From contig CAWKMU010000003.1 in NCBI GenBank assembly GCA_963850905.1, positions 1,088,001-1,152,000 of the forward strand: DNA of 64,000 nucleotides, in the 5' to 3' direction. The notes beneath the pieces were generated by a model. The model made no database searches. It was not told where the DNA came from and saw nothing but the letters and a program-made list of their open reading frames with translations. Within the stretch, counting starts at the first letter, position 1, and each line of letters starts with the position of its first letter. The stretch comes from an uncultured Gemmatimonadales bacterium. GTDB taxonomy: Bacteria > Gemmatimonadota > Gemmatimonadetes > Gemmatimonadales > Gemmatimonadaceae. This document shows positions 1 to 9,467 of the stretch, one piece after another. The position numbers and the translations under genes are program-made.

Positions 1-660
1 GACCTCACGACCGGGCGGCCGCGGGTGAACCCCGACAAGGTGACTGGCGCCGGGCGGACGACGCGCGACATCTGCCCCAGCCTCGAGGGCGGAAAGAATC
101 AGCAGCCGGCCGCCTTCTCACCTGTCACCGGGCTGTTCTACGTGCCCACGAACAACCTGTGCATGGACTTCACTGGCCGTCGCCCGACGTACATCGCCGG
201 GACGCCATATATCGGGGCCGACGCGCCCGAGAGCGGTGGCCCGGGGGGCTACCGTGGTGAATTCATCGCGTGGGATGCCACGACGGGTCACAAGGTGTGG
301 GGCATCAAAGAGCCCTTCCCAGTCTGGAGCGGGGCGTTGGCGACCGCCGGCAATGTGGTGTTCTACGGGACGCTCGATGGGTGGTTCAAGGCCGTCGATG
401 CGCGCACTGGATCGCCGCTCTGGTCCACGAAAGTCAGCTCGGGGATCGTCGGCAACCCGATGACCTACCGAGGACCTGACGGTCGGCAGTACGTCGCGGT
501 CTATGCTGGCATCGGTGGCGACATGGGGTGGCTCATTGGTGGTGATGTGGCGTCAGACGCGCCGTACGACGTCCGCGAGCGCAGCACGACGTTGCCGGAC
601 CTGGCGCGGTACACGAGCCTGGGCGGCGCGGTATTCGTCTACGGGCTCGACGGCCAGTAG
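1..660 (+). CDS. PQQ-dependent alcohol/methanol dehydrogenase, XoxF-like, C-terminal part (5' truncated by window)
   Basis: Frame open from base 1. CPSLEGGKNQQPAAFSP, WSGALATAGNVVFYGTLDGWFKAVDA, GIVGNPMTY and LARYTSLGG resemble the XoxF/MxaF C-terminus. A cytochrome c gene follows. Confidence 0.85.
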   Translation, partial: DLTTGRPRVNPDKVTGAGRTTRDICPSLEGGKNQQPAAFSPVTGLFYVPTNNLCMDFTGRRPTYIAGTPYIGADAPESGGPGGYRGEFIAWDATTGHKVWGIKEPFPVWSGALATAGNVVFYGTLDGWFKAVDARTGSPLWSTKVSSGIVGNPMTYRGPDGRQYVAVYAGIGGDMGWLIGGDVASDAPYDVRERSTTLPDLARYTSLGGAVFVYGLDGQ

Positions 661-677
661 CAGCCAAGGAGGAGCGC

Positions 678-1208
678 GTGGCTATCGATAGGACTCGAGC
701 GATTCTGACGGGCGTTGTCGTCATCGTGGCGGGGGTCAGCGCGGCCAGTGCCATGCGGCCCACCGAGAGGGTCAGCTCGTACCGCACCGACCAAGGGGCG
801 GCGCAGGAGTCGCCGTCGCTCATCGCGCATCCCGATCACGTGCAACTCGGGCTGCCGATCGCGCGTCGCCAGATCACCCTGGTCAATCCTCGGGAGCGCG
901 ACCCCAAAGCCGTCGAGGAAGGCAAGGCGCTGTTCGTGTCGTACAACTGTGCCGACTGTCACGGGTCGGAGGGGTCCGGCGGGACGGGTCCGAGCCTGCA
1001 AGACGGACGGTGGCACTTTGGCTCGACTGCTGGCGACGTGTACGAGTCGATCGAGGAGGGTCGGCCTGACGGAATGGCGGCATGGGGCGGCCGTATCCCG
1101 GAATCCCAAGTCTGGGCGCTCGTCGCCTACGTTCGCACTCTTGCCGCGGGCAAGGACGTCTCGACCGAGAATTTCGAGGGGACAACGGTCCAGCGCGGCG
1201 GGCATTAA
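678..1208 (+). CDS. Monoheme c-type cytochrome, probable electron acceptor of the PQQ dehydrogenase (XoxG/MxaG-like)
   Basis: AGGAGGAG RBS before GTG, N-terminal hydrophobic signal, CADCH heme motif, distal GMAAWG with axial Met. Confidence 0.85.
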   Translation: MAIDRTRAILTGVVVIVAGVSAASAMRPTERVSSYRTDQGAAQESPSLIAHPDHVQLGLPIARRQITLVNPRERDPKAVEEGKALFVSYNCADCHGSEGSGGTGPSLQDGRWHFGSTAGDVYESIEEGRPDGMAAWGGRIPESQVWALVAYVRTLAAGKDVSTENFEGTTVQRGGH

Positions 1209-1233
1209 GGGCGGCGTAATTAGTAAACGGACG

Positions 1234-1262
1234 TTGACTTATTATTTATTCCCCCATAACTT
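1234..1262 (+). promoter_or_regulatory. Putative sigma-70 promoter of the SDR gene
   Basis: TTGACT (1234-1239), 17-nt spacer, TAACTT (1257-1262) in an AT-rich island, 9 nt before ATG 1272. Confidence 0.55.
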
Positions 1263-1271
1263 GATGGCCTT

Positions 1272-2219
1272 ATGCCGCTACTGAGTGGGAAGGTTGCCGT
1301 CGTCGCTGGGGCAACGCGCGGCGCGGGGCGTGGGATTGCGGCGATGTTGGGCGAGGCCGGAGCGACCGTGTACTGTTCGGGCCGGAGCGTCCGGGGGCAC
1401 CCGGCGACCGGGGACCGGCCGGAGACGATCAATGAAACGGCTGATCTCGTTTCCGTCCGCGGGGGTCACGGCGTGGCGGTGCAGACCGATCACACGCAGC
1501 CCGAGCAGGTCGCGGCGCTCGTTGCGCGCGTCCGGAAGGACCACGGACGCTTGGACATCCTGGTCAACGACGTCTGGGGCGGCGACGAGCTCACCGAGTT
1601 CGGGAAGACATTCTGGCAGGTGTCGCTCGATAAGGGGCTGCTCTTGCTGCGCCAGGCCGTTGCTTCACACATTATTACGAGCCGGCAGGCCGTGCCGCTC
1701 ATGCTCGACAGTCCAGGGCCCGGACTCATCGTCGAGATCACCGACGGGGACGGCTTCTGGTACCGGGGCAACATCTTCTATGACCTCGTGAAGACCTCGG
1801 TGATCCGATTGGCCTTCACCATGGCACGGGAGCTCCGACGGCGGCCGATCACAGCCCTGGCCCTCACTCCAGGTTTCCTGCGCTCCGAGGCGATGCTCGA
1901 GCGGTTTGGCGTCACGGAGGCCACTTGGCAGGACGGCGGCAAACAGGACCCGAATTTCCTCGCCTCGGAGACCCCGTATTTCGTGGGCCGGGCGGTCGCT
2001 GCGCTTGCGGCTGACCCCAAGGTCTCGACCAAGGCAGGCCGAGTCTTTAGCAGCTGGGACCTGAGCGACGAATACGGCTTCACCGACATCGACGGCAGTC
2101 GCCCCCATTGGGGTAAACACGCCGCCGCCACATTTGGCCAATTCACCCGCTGCGACGACGGGTTCTACGCCTATTGTGTTGGCGGACCTGTCGATACGCT
2201 GTTTGCCGACTGGCCGTAA
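1272..2219 (+). CDS. SDR family oxidoreductase
   Basis: VAGATRGAGRGIA Rossmann motif, LDILVND, YDLVK (YxxxK). Confidence 0.9.
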   Translation: MPLLSGKVAVVAGATRGAGRGIAAMLGEAGATVYCSGRSVRGHPATGDRPETINETADLVSVRGGHGVAVQTDHTQPEQVAALVARVRKDHGRLDILVNDVWGGDELTEFGKTFWQVSLDKGLLLLRQAVASHIITSRQAVPLMLDSPGPGLIVEITDGDGFWYRGNIFYDLVKTSVIRLAFTMARELRRRPITALALTPGFLRSEAMLERFGVTEATWQDGGKQDPNFLASETPYFVGRAVAALAADPKVSTKAGRVFSSWDLSDEYGFTDIDGSRPHWGKHAAATFGQFTRCDDGFYAYCVGGPVDTLFADWP

Positions 2220-2288
2220 TCACAACGGCGCGATCAGGGGTCAGTTTCCCTTCTAGCCCCCTCCCAGCCTGAGCCTTATAGTCATTCC

Positions 2289-5200
2289 ATGGCAGGGACG
2301 GCCAGCATCAAGCTCGGGCGGACCCCACAGCCGGCCGCCGAGTACCCCCAATGGAAACACCTGGTCTGGTTCGCGGCCGCTGCCATAGCCCTGGCGGTGC
2401 CGCACGATGTGCCCGCACAGGACACGAACCCCGCCACCGAAAGCCCGAACCGGATAGTCGAGCAAGCTGAGCGAGCGATCTCCGACGACAGCGGGCCGGC
2501 CGTGGCTGCCCGCTGGCGGGCGCGGGCGAGTCGTGACTCCAAAGACAGGCTCGCTCGCTTCGGTGTCGCCATGGTCGCCCTCCTCACCAACGACTCGGCG
2601 GACGCAGCGCAGGGGTTCCGGCGTCTCGAAGAGGAAAGCGCTCAGGACCACCAAGCCGCCCGCGTGGCGGCGTACGCGTTGTGGGGGGACGGATCGCTCT
2701 TCTACTCCCTCGGACGTTGGGCCGACGCTGCGCGGAGCTTTGCGGACGCCGCCACAGCGATGCGAGCACTCGACGACTCCGCGGGTGAGGCGCTGAGCCT
2801 GATCCAGCTCGCGTGGCTCGAAACGCGGGCACATCGGCCGACCGCCTCCGCACATCTCGCGCGGGCCGATTCGCTGATTCCGCCGCGGGAGAGTGCGTTG
2901 CGAGGCGGCTGGGACTGCGCGCACGCAACAATGCTCACCGCCGCCCACCAGCCCGGCGCGCTCGAGGCAGCTGACTCGGGCGCCATGCTAACGCGCCGCG
3001 CGGGTGACTTGCGAGGGGCCGCGCAGTGCGAGTTCAGTGCCGTGCAGGATCTCACCGCGAGTGGGCGCATCAATGAAGCCATTCAGCGATTGGGCGAAGT
3101 GATCGCGCTGTCCGCGCAGAGCCGCGACCATAGCACGCATGCGGCAGCGCTGCAGTGGCGAGGCTTCGCCGAGCTCAATGAGGGCTACTACGGACCTGCG
3201 GAGCGGGACCTCCTGGCCGCTGTCGACGAATCCACCGTACAGAAATATCCGGCCGGGGTCGGATGGTCTGAGCTGAATCTCGCCGCCCTGGCGGACGAAC
3301 TCGGCGATGCTCCGGACGCCCGGCGACACGCGATGCACTCGTACGCTGCACTATCGGCCATTGGGGACTCCTCCGGCCTCGGTATCCTGCGCCGTGATGC
3401 GGGCAGGCGAGCACTCGCCGTCGGCGACACGGCCGCTGCGCGGAGTGGCACGGTGAGCGCCCTCGAGGCAGCGGAGCGCCACGGCAAGTTGGAGGACGTG
3501 CTTGGTGCGCGCATCGGCCTGGCGGCGATCGACGTTCGGGAGCAGCGCTGGGATGCGGCCGAGCACGAAATACGGACGGCGCGACAGCTGCTCACGGCGG
3601 ATCGCGCGCGGGCGTGGACGTTGACGCTGCCGTGGTTCGAGGGTCGTATCTCGCTCGACCGGGGCCGGCCGCGGATGGCGCTCCGGCAGCTCGCCGTCGC
3701 CGAGCGCGCGCTCGACTCGACGCAGCACCTGTTCCGATCCGAGATAGAGCAAGACATGGCTGTCGCATGGCTGCGAACCGGCGACACCACGCGGGCGCTG
3801 GCGTTCCTGGGACGCGCCGACGACGAGGTGGACAGCTGGCGCGCCACGCTCGACGATGCAGGGCTCCGCGTTTTGGCTTTCTCGGCAACTGAGGAAATAC
3901 CTGGAGGGACGAGCGCCGAGGTGATCGCTGCGGCGGTCTGGTCGCACCGGGCCGCGGAGGGATTCGCGCTCGCCGAGCGACAGCGTGGACGAGAGCTGGC
4001 AGATCAACTGTTGCGGATGGAGGCGCTCGGACGCGGGCGACCGCGGATCGACCCCGCGAATCGGTCGAGCGTGGGGTTGGCTCAGGGGCAGACAATCGGG
4101 TTTCCGGCACTGCAGCGCGCGCTCCCCGATGACAGCACCGCTCTCGTGGAGTACGTCGCCGGCGCCGGCACGGCGCGGACGTCGCTCTTCATTGTGACGC
4201 GACAGCGTGCCATCGCGACATTGGTCCCACCCGTCGATTCCCTGACGGAAACCATCGACCGCTTGAACGCCCTCGTGGATCAGGGAGTGCCGGCGTCCGC
4301 TGCGGAGCGCGCACTCGGCGCGGCGCTCCTGCCCGATCTCGTCCGCCTCCCGCGGCCGATTCACCGTCTTGTCGTCGTGCCCAATGGCGCGTTGCATCGA
4401 GTCCCCTTCAGCACACTGCGTCTCCCGGACGGCTCTTCCCTGATCGACCGTTTCGCCGTCGCGCTCGCTCCATCGGCGACGGTCGCGGTCAACGAATGGC
4501 ACCGCTCCCGAGCGGCCGCGCGCACCCTGACGGTGCTCGCGTTCGGCGACCCGGTGCTGCCGGACGTCATCGGCAATGGAAGCGATCCCCTCAGAGTCGA
4601 TCGTGGCAGTGCCGCGATGGCTGCGCGCGCGACACCCGCGACCGTGTGGCGGGACACCGGCTTCGCATTCGACCGAGATGCGGCATCGGCACTCGTTACG
4701 ACCGGGCAGTTGCCTCGACTCCCCTGGACCGCTGACGAGGCAGCGATGGTCGGCGCGTTCGGAGAGGAGGCGACGGTACGCTTGCGCGGCAATGCAAGCG
4801 CGGCATTTCTCGAACACACGCCGCTCAATGCGTTCTCGGTCATTCATTTTGCGACGCACGCTGTGGTCGACGAAGAGGTCCCCGCGCGGAGCGCGCTTGC
4901 GCTGGCGCCGGGCGGTGGACAGTCGGGATACGTCGGGCCGAGCGACCTCGCGGCGCTCCATCTGACGGCGGATCTCGTGGTCCTGTCGGCGTGCCGCACC
5001 GCGCGCGGCGCGGTCGTCACTGGCGAAGGTGTGCGCGGCTTCACCGGCCCGCTGCTCGAGGCCGGTGCGCACAGCGTGCTAGCGACCCAATGGGGCCTCA
5101 ACGACCGGAACGCCGTTCCGCTCGTCTACGCCGTGTACCGAGCGCTCGCCGATGGCTTACCGGTCGCAGACGCGGTGCGTCGTGCCGAGCTCACGGCGCG

Positions 5201-5333
5201 ACAGGCCGGGCGCCCCGAACGCGAGTGGGCCGCCTTCATCCTGATCGGAGATCCGCTGACGCGCGTGCCGCTGCGGGTACCGGCTGCGGATCGCGTGCCG
5301 TCCTGGGTCCGCCAATTGGAGGCCGCACGCTGA
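2289..5333 (+). CDS. TPR-like repeat / CHAT (caspase-like) domain protease
   Basis: N-terminal hydrophobic stretch and helical repeats. CHAT motifs LVVVPNGALHRVPF, VIHFATHA (His), LVVLSACRT (Cys), GEG, WAAFILIGD. Confidence 0.9.
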   Translation: MAGTASIKLGRTPQPAAEYPQWKHLVWFAAAAIALAVPHDVPAQDTNPATESPNRIVEQAERAISDDSGPAVAARWRARASRDSKDRLARFGVAMVALLTNDSADAAQGFRRLEEESAQDHQAARVAAYALWGDGSLFYSLGRWADAARSFADAATAMRALDDSAGEALSLIQLAWLETRAHRPTASAHLARADSLIPPRESALRGGWDCAHATMLTAAHQPGALEAADSGAMLTRRAGDLRGAAQCEFSAVQDLTASGRINEAIQRLGEVIALSAQSRDHSTHAAALQWRGFAELNEGYYGPAERDLLAAVDESTVQKYPAGVGWSELNLAALADELGDAPDARRHAMHSYAALSAIGDSSGLGILRRDAGRRALAVGDTAAARSGTVSALEAAERHGKLEDVLGARIGLAAIDVREQRWDAAEHEIRTARQLLTADRARAWTLTLPWFEGRISLDRGRPRMALRQLAVAERALDSTQHLFRSEIEQDMAVAWLRTGDTTRALAFLGRADDEVDSWRATLDDAGLRVLAFSATEEIPGGTSAEVIAAAVWSHRAAEGFALAERQRGRELADQLLRMEALGRGRPRIDPANRSSVGLAQGQTIGFPALQRALPDDSTALVEYVAGAGTARTSLFIVTRQRAIATLVPPVDSLTETIDRLNALVDQGVPASAAERALGAALLPDLVRLPRPIHRLVVVPNGALHRVPFSTLRLPDGSSLIDRFAVALAPSATVAVNEWHRSRAAARTLTVLAFGDPVLPDVIGNGSDPLRVDRGSAAMAARATPATVWRDTGFAFDRDAASALVTTGQLPRLPWTADEAAMVGAFGEEATVRLRGNASAAFLEHTPLNAFSVIHFATHAVVDEEVPARSALALAPGGGQSGYVGPSDLAALHLTADLVVLSACRTARGAVVTGEGVRGFTGPLLEAGAHSVLATQWGLNDRNAVPLVYAVYRALADGLPVADAVRRAELTARQAGRPEREWAAFILIGDPLTRVPLRVPAADRVPSWVRQLEAAR

Positions 5334-5352
5334 GCGCGAGCCTGGGCCCGGG

Positions 5353-5991
5353 CTACCGTCCTGGGTATAACACCTGGATGGCAGCGAACTCCGACTGCCA
5401 GGTCTCACCCTCGACTTTGGCCTGCACCCACCACCGATAGGCGCGGCCGGACGTGAGCGCGTCCGCCGTGAATGTGGTATCACGCGTGTCGGCGCGCACG
5501 ACGACGCCACCTGAGTCATCCAGCACCTCGAAGTGGTAGCTCCCAGCGGTCGGCACGCGGTGCCACACGAAGCGTAGAGCCGTGGACGCAGCGGACCCAA
5601 TCGGCGCGATGAGCGTGATCGTGTGCGGACGGCTCCCTTGCGTCGCTCCGCGGTCGGGTGCAGCGGCGCTCAGGTGCACCGCCGAGGAGCGGGCGACCGC
5701 GAGCGCGACCGCGACCACCACGGCCGCCGCAGCTGCGAGCCCAATGCCTTGCACTCGCCACGTTGCCGGCACGAGCTGACGGGCCGCGGTCTGCGTCGCG
5801 CGGAGCAGCTCGAACTCGGCTCGGCAGTCGGCGCAACTGGCTATGTGATCGAGCACTGCGAGTCGGTCCGCCTCCGTCCCACTGCGTTCGACCGCGACGG
5901 CAATTGCCTCCGGCGCCGGATGGGGCGTCGAGGGTGCGTCCGCCGCACGGGCGACATAGGCAGCACGCAGCCGACTATCAGGTCCGGTCAT
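5353..5991 (-). CDS. Zinc-binding (zf-HC2/ZAS) membrane anti-sigma factor
   Basis: HIASCADC (HxxxCxxC), one TM helix, C-terminal beta-rich domain. Overlaps the sigma gene stop by 4 bp. Confidence 0.8.
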   Translation of the reverse strand: MTGPDSRLRAAYVARAADAPSTPHPAPEAIAVAVERSGTEADRLAVLDHIASCADCRAEFELLRATQTAARQLVPATWRVQGIGLAAAAAVVVAVALAVARSSAVHLSAAAPDRGATQGSRPHTITLIAPIGSAASTALRFVWHRVPTAGSYHFEVLDDSGGVVVRADTRDTTFTADALTSGRAYRWWVQAKVEGETWQSEFAAIQVLYPGR

Positions 5992-6626
5992 CCGAGTTCA
6001 CCAGGGCTAATGCCGCGTCGCAGGAGCGCCGCCCGCAGATCCGCGAGCCCGCGATAGATCAAGTTTCGCGCCTTCGCTGCCGACCAGCCAGTCATGCCGG
6101 CAATCTCGTCGCGCGAGTATCCGACGAGATGTAGCCGCACGGCCGTCCGTCGCGCATCGGCTAGTTCGAGCATGGCCGCTGCCACCGCCGAGGCGAATTC
6201 CGCACGTGCGAGCGTGTGCTCGGGACCCCGCTCATCGGATTCCGTTGAGGCCAACGCTGCATGTTCGCCTCGCTCGTCTCGAGATTCTGCCAGCGATGTG
6301 ACCCTACCCGACCCGCGCTTGCGACGCACGACTTCGAGTGCCGCCGATAACGCCGTCCGGTAGATGTAAGACGTGCCCAAGCCCGCGATTGTCTCACTTT
6401 CCTGTCGAGCGCGCCACAGGCGCACACGAACTTCCTGGACGACCTCGTCGACGTCATCGCTCACCAACCCGTGCCGCGTTGCCACGTGATGCAGCAACCG
6501 CGCGAAGCGCGTGATTACGCTCTCGAGCGCCGCCAATGTCGAATCGGAACCGCCCGCCACAGGCGACTCCCTCTGCGCCGGTCCTGTCGGCGGCGGGGCG
6601 TGCGGGCGAGTTGAAGACCATGGCAT
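5988..6626 (-). CDS. ECF-type RNA polymerase sigma factor
   Basis: Region 2 DDVDEVVQEVRVRLW; region 4 GYSRDEIAGMTGWSAAKARNLIYRGLADLR. Confidence 0.9.
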   Translation of the reverse strand: MPWSSTRPHAPPPTGPAQRESPVAGGSDSTLAALESVITRFARLLHHVATRHGLVSDDVDEVVQEVRVRLWRARQESETIAGLGTSYIYRTALSAALEVVRRKRGSGRVTSLAESRDERGEHAALASTESDERGPEHTLARAEFASAVAAAMLELADARRTAVRLHLVGYSRDEIAGMTGWSAAKARNLIYRGLADLRAALLRRGISPGELG

Positions 6627-6676
6627 GCGGGATTCAATACGGGGCCCGGATGTCGGAAGGGCAAGTTAAAAATGGC

Positions 6677-6720
6677 GATCAGGGGTCTGCGGCCGCGATC
6701 CCCTGACCCCTGATCCTTGA
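6677..6720. repeat. Short heptamer-armed palindrome (GGGGTCA-type)
   Basis: GATCAGGGGTC (6677-6687) and GACCCCTGATC (6705-6715) are inverted repeats; CCCTGAC/CCCTGAT units repeat. Confidence 0.6.
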
Positions 6721-6746
6721 CGCGGTTGTTCTTTACTTTCGTGTCC

Positions 6747-7286
6747 ATGAAACACCCACGGACACTGGAGCGGAGTCGCGAGTCGAGTCGGAGTGAGGCC
6801 AGTGTTGGCGGGGCACTCGAAGCCGTTCGCCGCCTCGTGCGTGCACTGCGCCTCAGCGCGAATCGCGCGCACGACACCGTCGGCGTCAGCTCCGCAGAGC
6901 TTTTCATCTTGCGCGCATTGCATGAGGGCGGCCCGGTCGCATCACTTAACGAGCTGGCGGACCGTACCTACACCGACCAAAGCTCGGCCTCCCCGGTCGT
7001 GGAGCGCCTGCGCCGTCGGCGACTCATCCGCCGACAACGCTCGGCGCTCGACGCGCGGCGGGTCACGATCGAGTTGACCGACGCCGGTCGCGCCCTGCTG
7101 CAACGCGCGCCCCTGCCCCCGCAGGCGGGCGTGATCACCGCGCTCCAGCGCATGCCTGCGACCGAGCGGGAATCACTCGCGCGCGGCCTGAGCCGGCTCG
7201 TGGCCGAGATGGGACTCGCGAATGGACAGGGCGCCATGCTCTTTGAGGAGCCGCCGAAGGGACGCGCCAAGCGCGTCGCCCGCTGA
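6747..7286 (+). CDS. MarR family transcriptional regulator
   Basis: SLNELADRTYTDQSSASPVVERL HTH and DARRVTIELTDAGR wing. ATG 6747 chosen because TACTTT lies 7 nt upstream. Confidence 0.9.
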   Translation: MKHPRTLERSRESSRSEASVGGALEAVRRLVRALRLSANRAHDTVGVSSAELFILRALHEGGPVASLNELADRTYTDQSSASPVVERLRRRRLIRRQRSALDARRVTIELTDAGRALLQRAPLPPQAGVITALQRMPATERESLARGLSRLVAEMGLANGQGAMLFEEPPKGRAKRVAR

Positions 7287-7353
7287 GACAAGCCGGCGGC
7301 TCCGTTCCCTCTCCTGATTCCAGAGGCTCGAGGCTGCTGGGGGCGCCGGCCGG

Positions 7354-7405
7354 AATAGATTTGAGCCAATACATTTCGGCCGCATCGTTTGGCCCAATAG
7401 ATTTC
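7354..7405 (+). promoter_or_regulatory. Putative operator/promoter upstream of the ClC gene
   Basis: AATA[GC]ATTT occurs three times (7354, 7368, 7396); the last copy overlaps a TAGATT -10-like box 6 nt before ATG 7410. Confidence 0.5.
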
Positions 7406-7409
7406 CTGC

Positions 7410-9365
7410 ATGCCTGGGCACGCGGTGGGCTCTGACCCCGAGACGACGGATCGCCGCGACGGCGCGGTGGTCGGGACAGGAGCGCAGGGACGCGAGCCGG
7501 CCGGGACGTTCGGCAGGCAACTGCGAATCGTTCAGTACATGATTTCGGCGGCGTGGGCCAGGTTCGTCCGCTGGTTCAATCGACGCGGACTCAGCGAGAA
7601 CGCCATTCTGCTGGGGTTCGCCGTCGCCATCGGGGTGCTGACCGCGCTCGGCGTTGTTTTGTTCTATCGGGCCATCGACCTCGCCTTCGCCGCATTCTTC
7701 CGGTGGTCGGCCGTCGCCCTCCCACAAACTGCGCGGCTCGCGTATCGACCGATCATCACCGGTGCCAGCATTGCCCTCGCGTGGCTAGTCATGCGGCGCC
7801 TCGCCGGCGGGCACGACGGTATGAACGTGCCCGACGTGCAACTCGCGGTCGTCCGCAGAGGCGGCAATGTGCCCGTGCGGCCGGCACTGGCGCGTACGCT
7901 GGCGAGTGCCATTACGATCGGCGGCGGCGGGTCCGCAGGGAGCGAGGGACCTGTCGTCGTCCTCGGAGCCGCGATCGGTTCGTGGCTCGGGCGTGCGTTT
8001 CGCTTTACACCGGAGCGTGTGAGTCTCTTCGTCGGGTGTGCGAGCGGCGCCGCCATCAGCGCGGCCTTCAACGCCCCACTCGCCGGCGCCTTCTTCGCGC
8101 TCGAGGAGATTCTCGGGTCCCTGTCGGTCGCGTCCTTCTCGCCGGTCGTGGTCGCGAGCGTCGTGGCGGCAGTGGTCTCGCGGATGTTCTTCGGCAACCA
8201 TCCCGCGTTCCCCATTCCGCAGCAGTACGGCTTCGGATCCGTGGGCGAGGTGCTGGTGCTGTACCCGGGTCTCGGGATTCTCACCGGTCTCGTCTCGGTG
8301 CTCTACGTGCGCGTCTATTTCGCTGCGGATCGCGCGCATCAATGGGCCCGCAAACGACTTTCGGGCGGCTGGTTGGCCTGGCTGTCCGGTGCCCTGGTTG
8401 GTCTGCTCGTGTGGGTGTCCGGCGGACTGCTGGTTGGGTACGGGCATCTGGCGCTGCACGCCGAGATGTTTGGGCGCCTCGCATGGTATGCGCTGCTCGC
8501 GCTGGCGCTCGGGAAGATCTTCGCGACCGCCATCACGCTCACTGGGGGTGGTTCAGGTGGCGTGTTCACACCATCCCTCTACATCGGAGCCGCAACGGGC
8601 GGCGGATTCGGCGCCCTTCTCGCCCACGTGGCGCCGTCGCTTGGGGTGAGTCCCCCAGCGTACGCGCTCGTCGGGATGGGTGGCCTCATCGCCGGCGCGA
8701 CCGATGCGCCGATCACTGGCGTGCTCCTCGTCTTCGAGATGACCAACGACTACGGGCTCGTGCTCCCGTTGATGATCACGGTCGTACTCGCTCACGCCGT
8801 CGCGCGGCGATTCGAGCGCGATTCATTGTACAGCGGCTGGCTGCGCCGCCGCGGCGAATCGATCGTGCAAGGGGCCGATCGCGATGTGCTCGCAGGGCTT
8901 CTGGTCCGGGACGCCTACGAGCCTTCGCCACGGGTCATTTCCGAGGCAGCACCACTCCCGGTGTTGCTCCAGTACCTCGGCGCTGGCGATCAGCCGTGCT
9001 TCCCTGTCGTCGATCCTGAACAACGACTGGTGGGGGTCATCACCGTGTCGGCCCTGGGCCGGCTCGCGGCTGAGGGCAACGGCGCGGGTCCGCTCATCCG
9101 CGCGGTGGATGTGGCGGAGCCGTCAGAGGTTGTGGCTCCCAGCGATTCGCTCTACGAGGCGGTCCGGCAAATGGGCGTCCGGGGCGTCGGGGCGTTGCCC
9201 GTAGTCGATCCCAGCAGTGGCCGCATCCTTGGCCTGATCACGCGCGGTCACATCGTTACCGCCTATGACCGGCGCCTGGCCATGCTGCCGTCGGACGACG
9301 GGGTGTGGAGCGGCGCCGGGCCCGAGGGTACCCCGAGGCCCTTGGCCGGGCGGGAGTCCGGCTAA
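7410..9365 (+). CDS. ClC family chloride channel/antiporter with CBS domains
   Basis: GSAGSEGP, AAFNAPLAG, FALEEI, GGVFTP, FEMT and SLY motifs; C-terminal CBS pair (FPVVD, LPVVD). Confidence 0.92.
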   Translation: MPGHAVGSDPETTDRRDGAVVGTGAQGREPAGTFGRQLRIVQYMISAAWARFVRWFNRRGLSENAILLGFAVAIGVLTALGVVLFYRAIDLAFAAFFRWSAVALPQTARLAYRPIITGASIALAWLVMRRLAGGHDGMNVPDVQLAVVRRGGNVPVRPALARTLASAITIGGGGSAGSEGPVVVLGAAIGSWLGRAFRFTPERVSLFVGCASGAAISAAFNAPLAGAFFALEEILGSLSVASFSPVVVASVVAAVVSRMFFGNHPAFPIPQQYGFGSVGEVLVLYPGLGILTGLVSVLYVRVYFAADRAHQWARKRLSGGWLAWLSGALVGLLVWVSGGLLVGYGHLALHAEMFGRLAWYALLALALGKIFATAITLTGGGSGGVFTPSLYIGAATGGGFGALLAHVAPSLGVSPPAYALVGMGGLIAGATDAPITGVLLVFEMTNDYGLVLPLMITVVLAHAVARRFERDSLYSGWLRRRGESIVQGADRDVLAGLLVRDAYEPSPRVISEAAPLPVLLQYLGAGDQPCFPVVDPEQRLVGVITVSALGRLAAEGNGAGPLIRAVDVAEPSEVVAPSDSLYEAVRQMGVRGVGALPVVDPSSGRILGLITRGHIVTAYDRRLAMLPSDDGVWSGAGPEGTPRPLAGRESG

Positions 9366-9467
9366 GTTTCAGGAACCGATCTGGCGGTCGTCGCCATCTT
9401 CTGGGCGGAGCAGTCGTGTCAGCGCGATGCGCGGCCAGGGTGTGCAATCTGGACGACGGGAGGCGGC

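Noticed and set aside
7553..9019. Arg-rich alternative-frame ORFs (also 36182-37912)
   Set aside because: Same-strand off-frame artefacts inside the ClC and EF-G genes.
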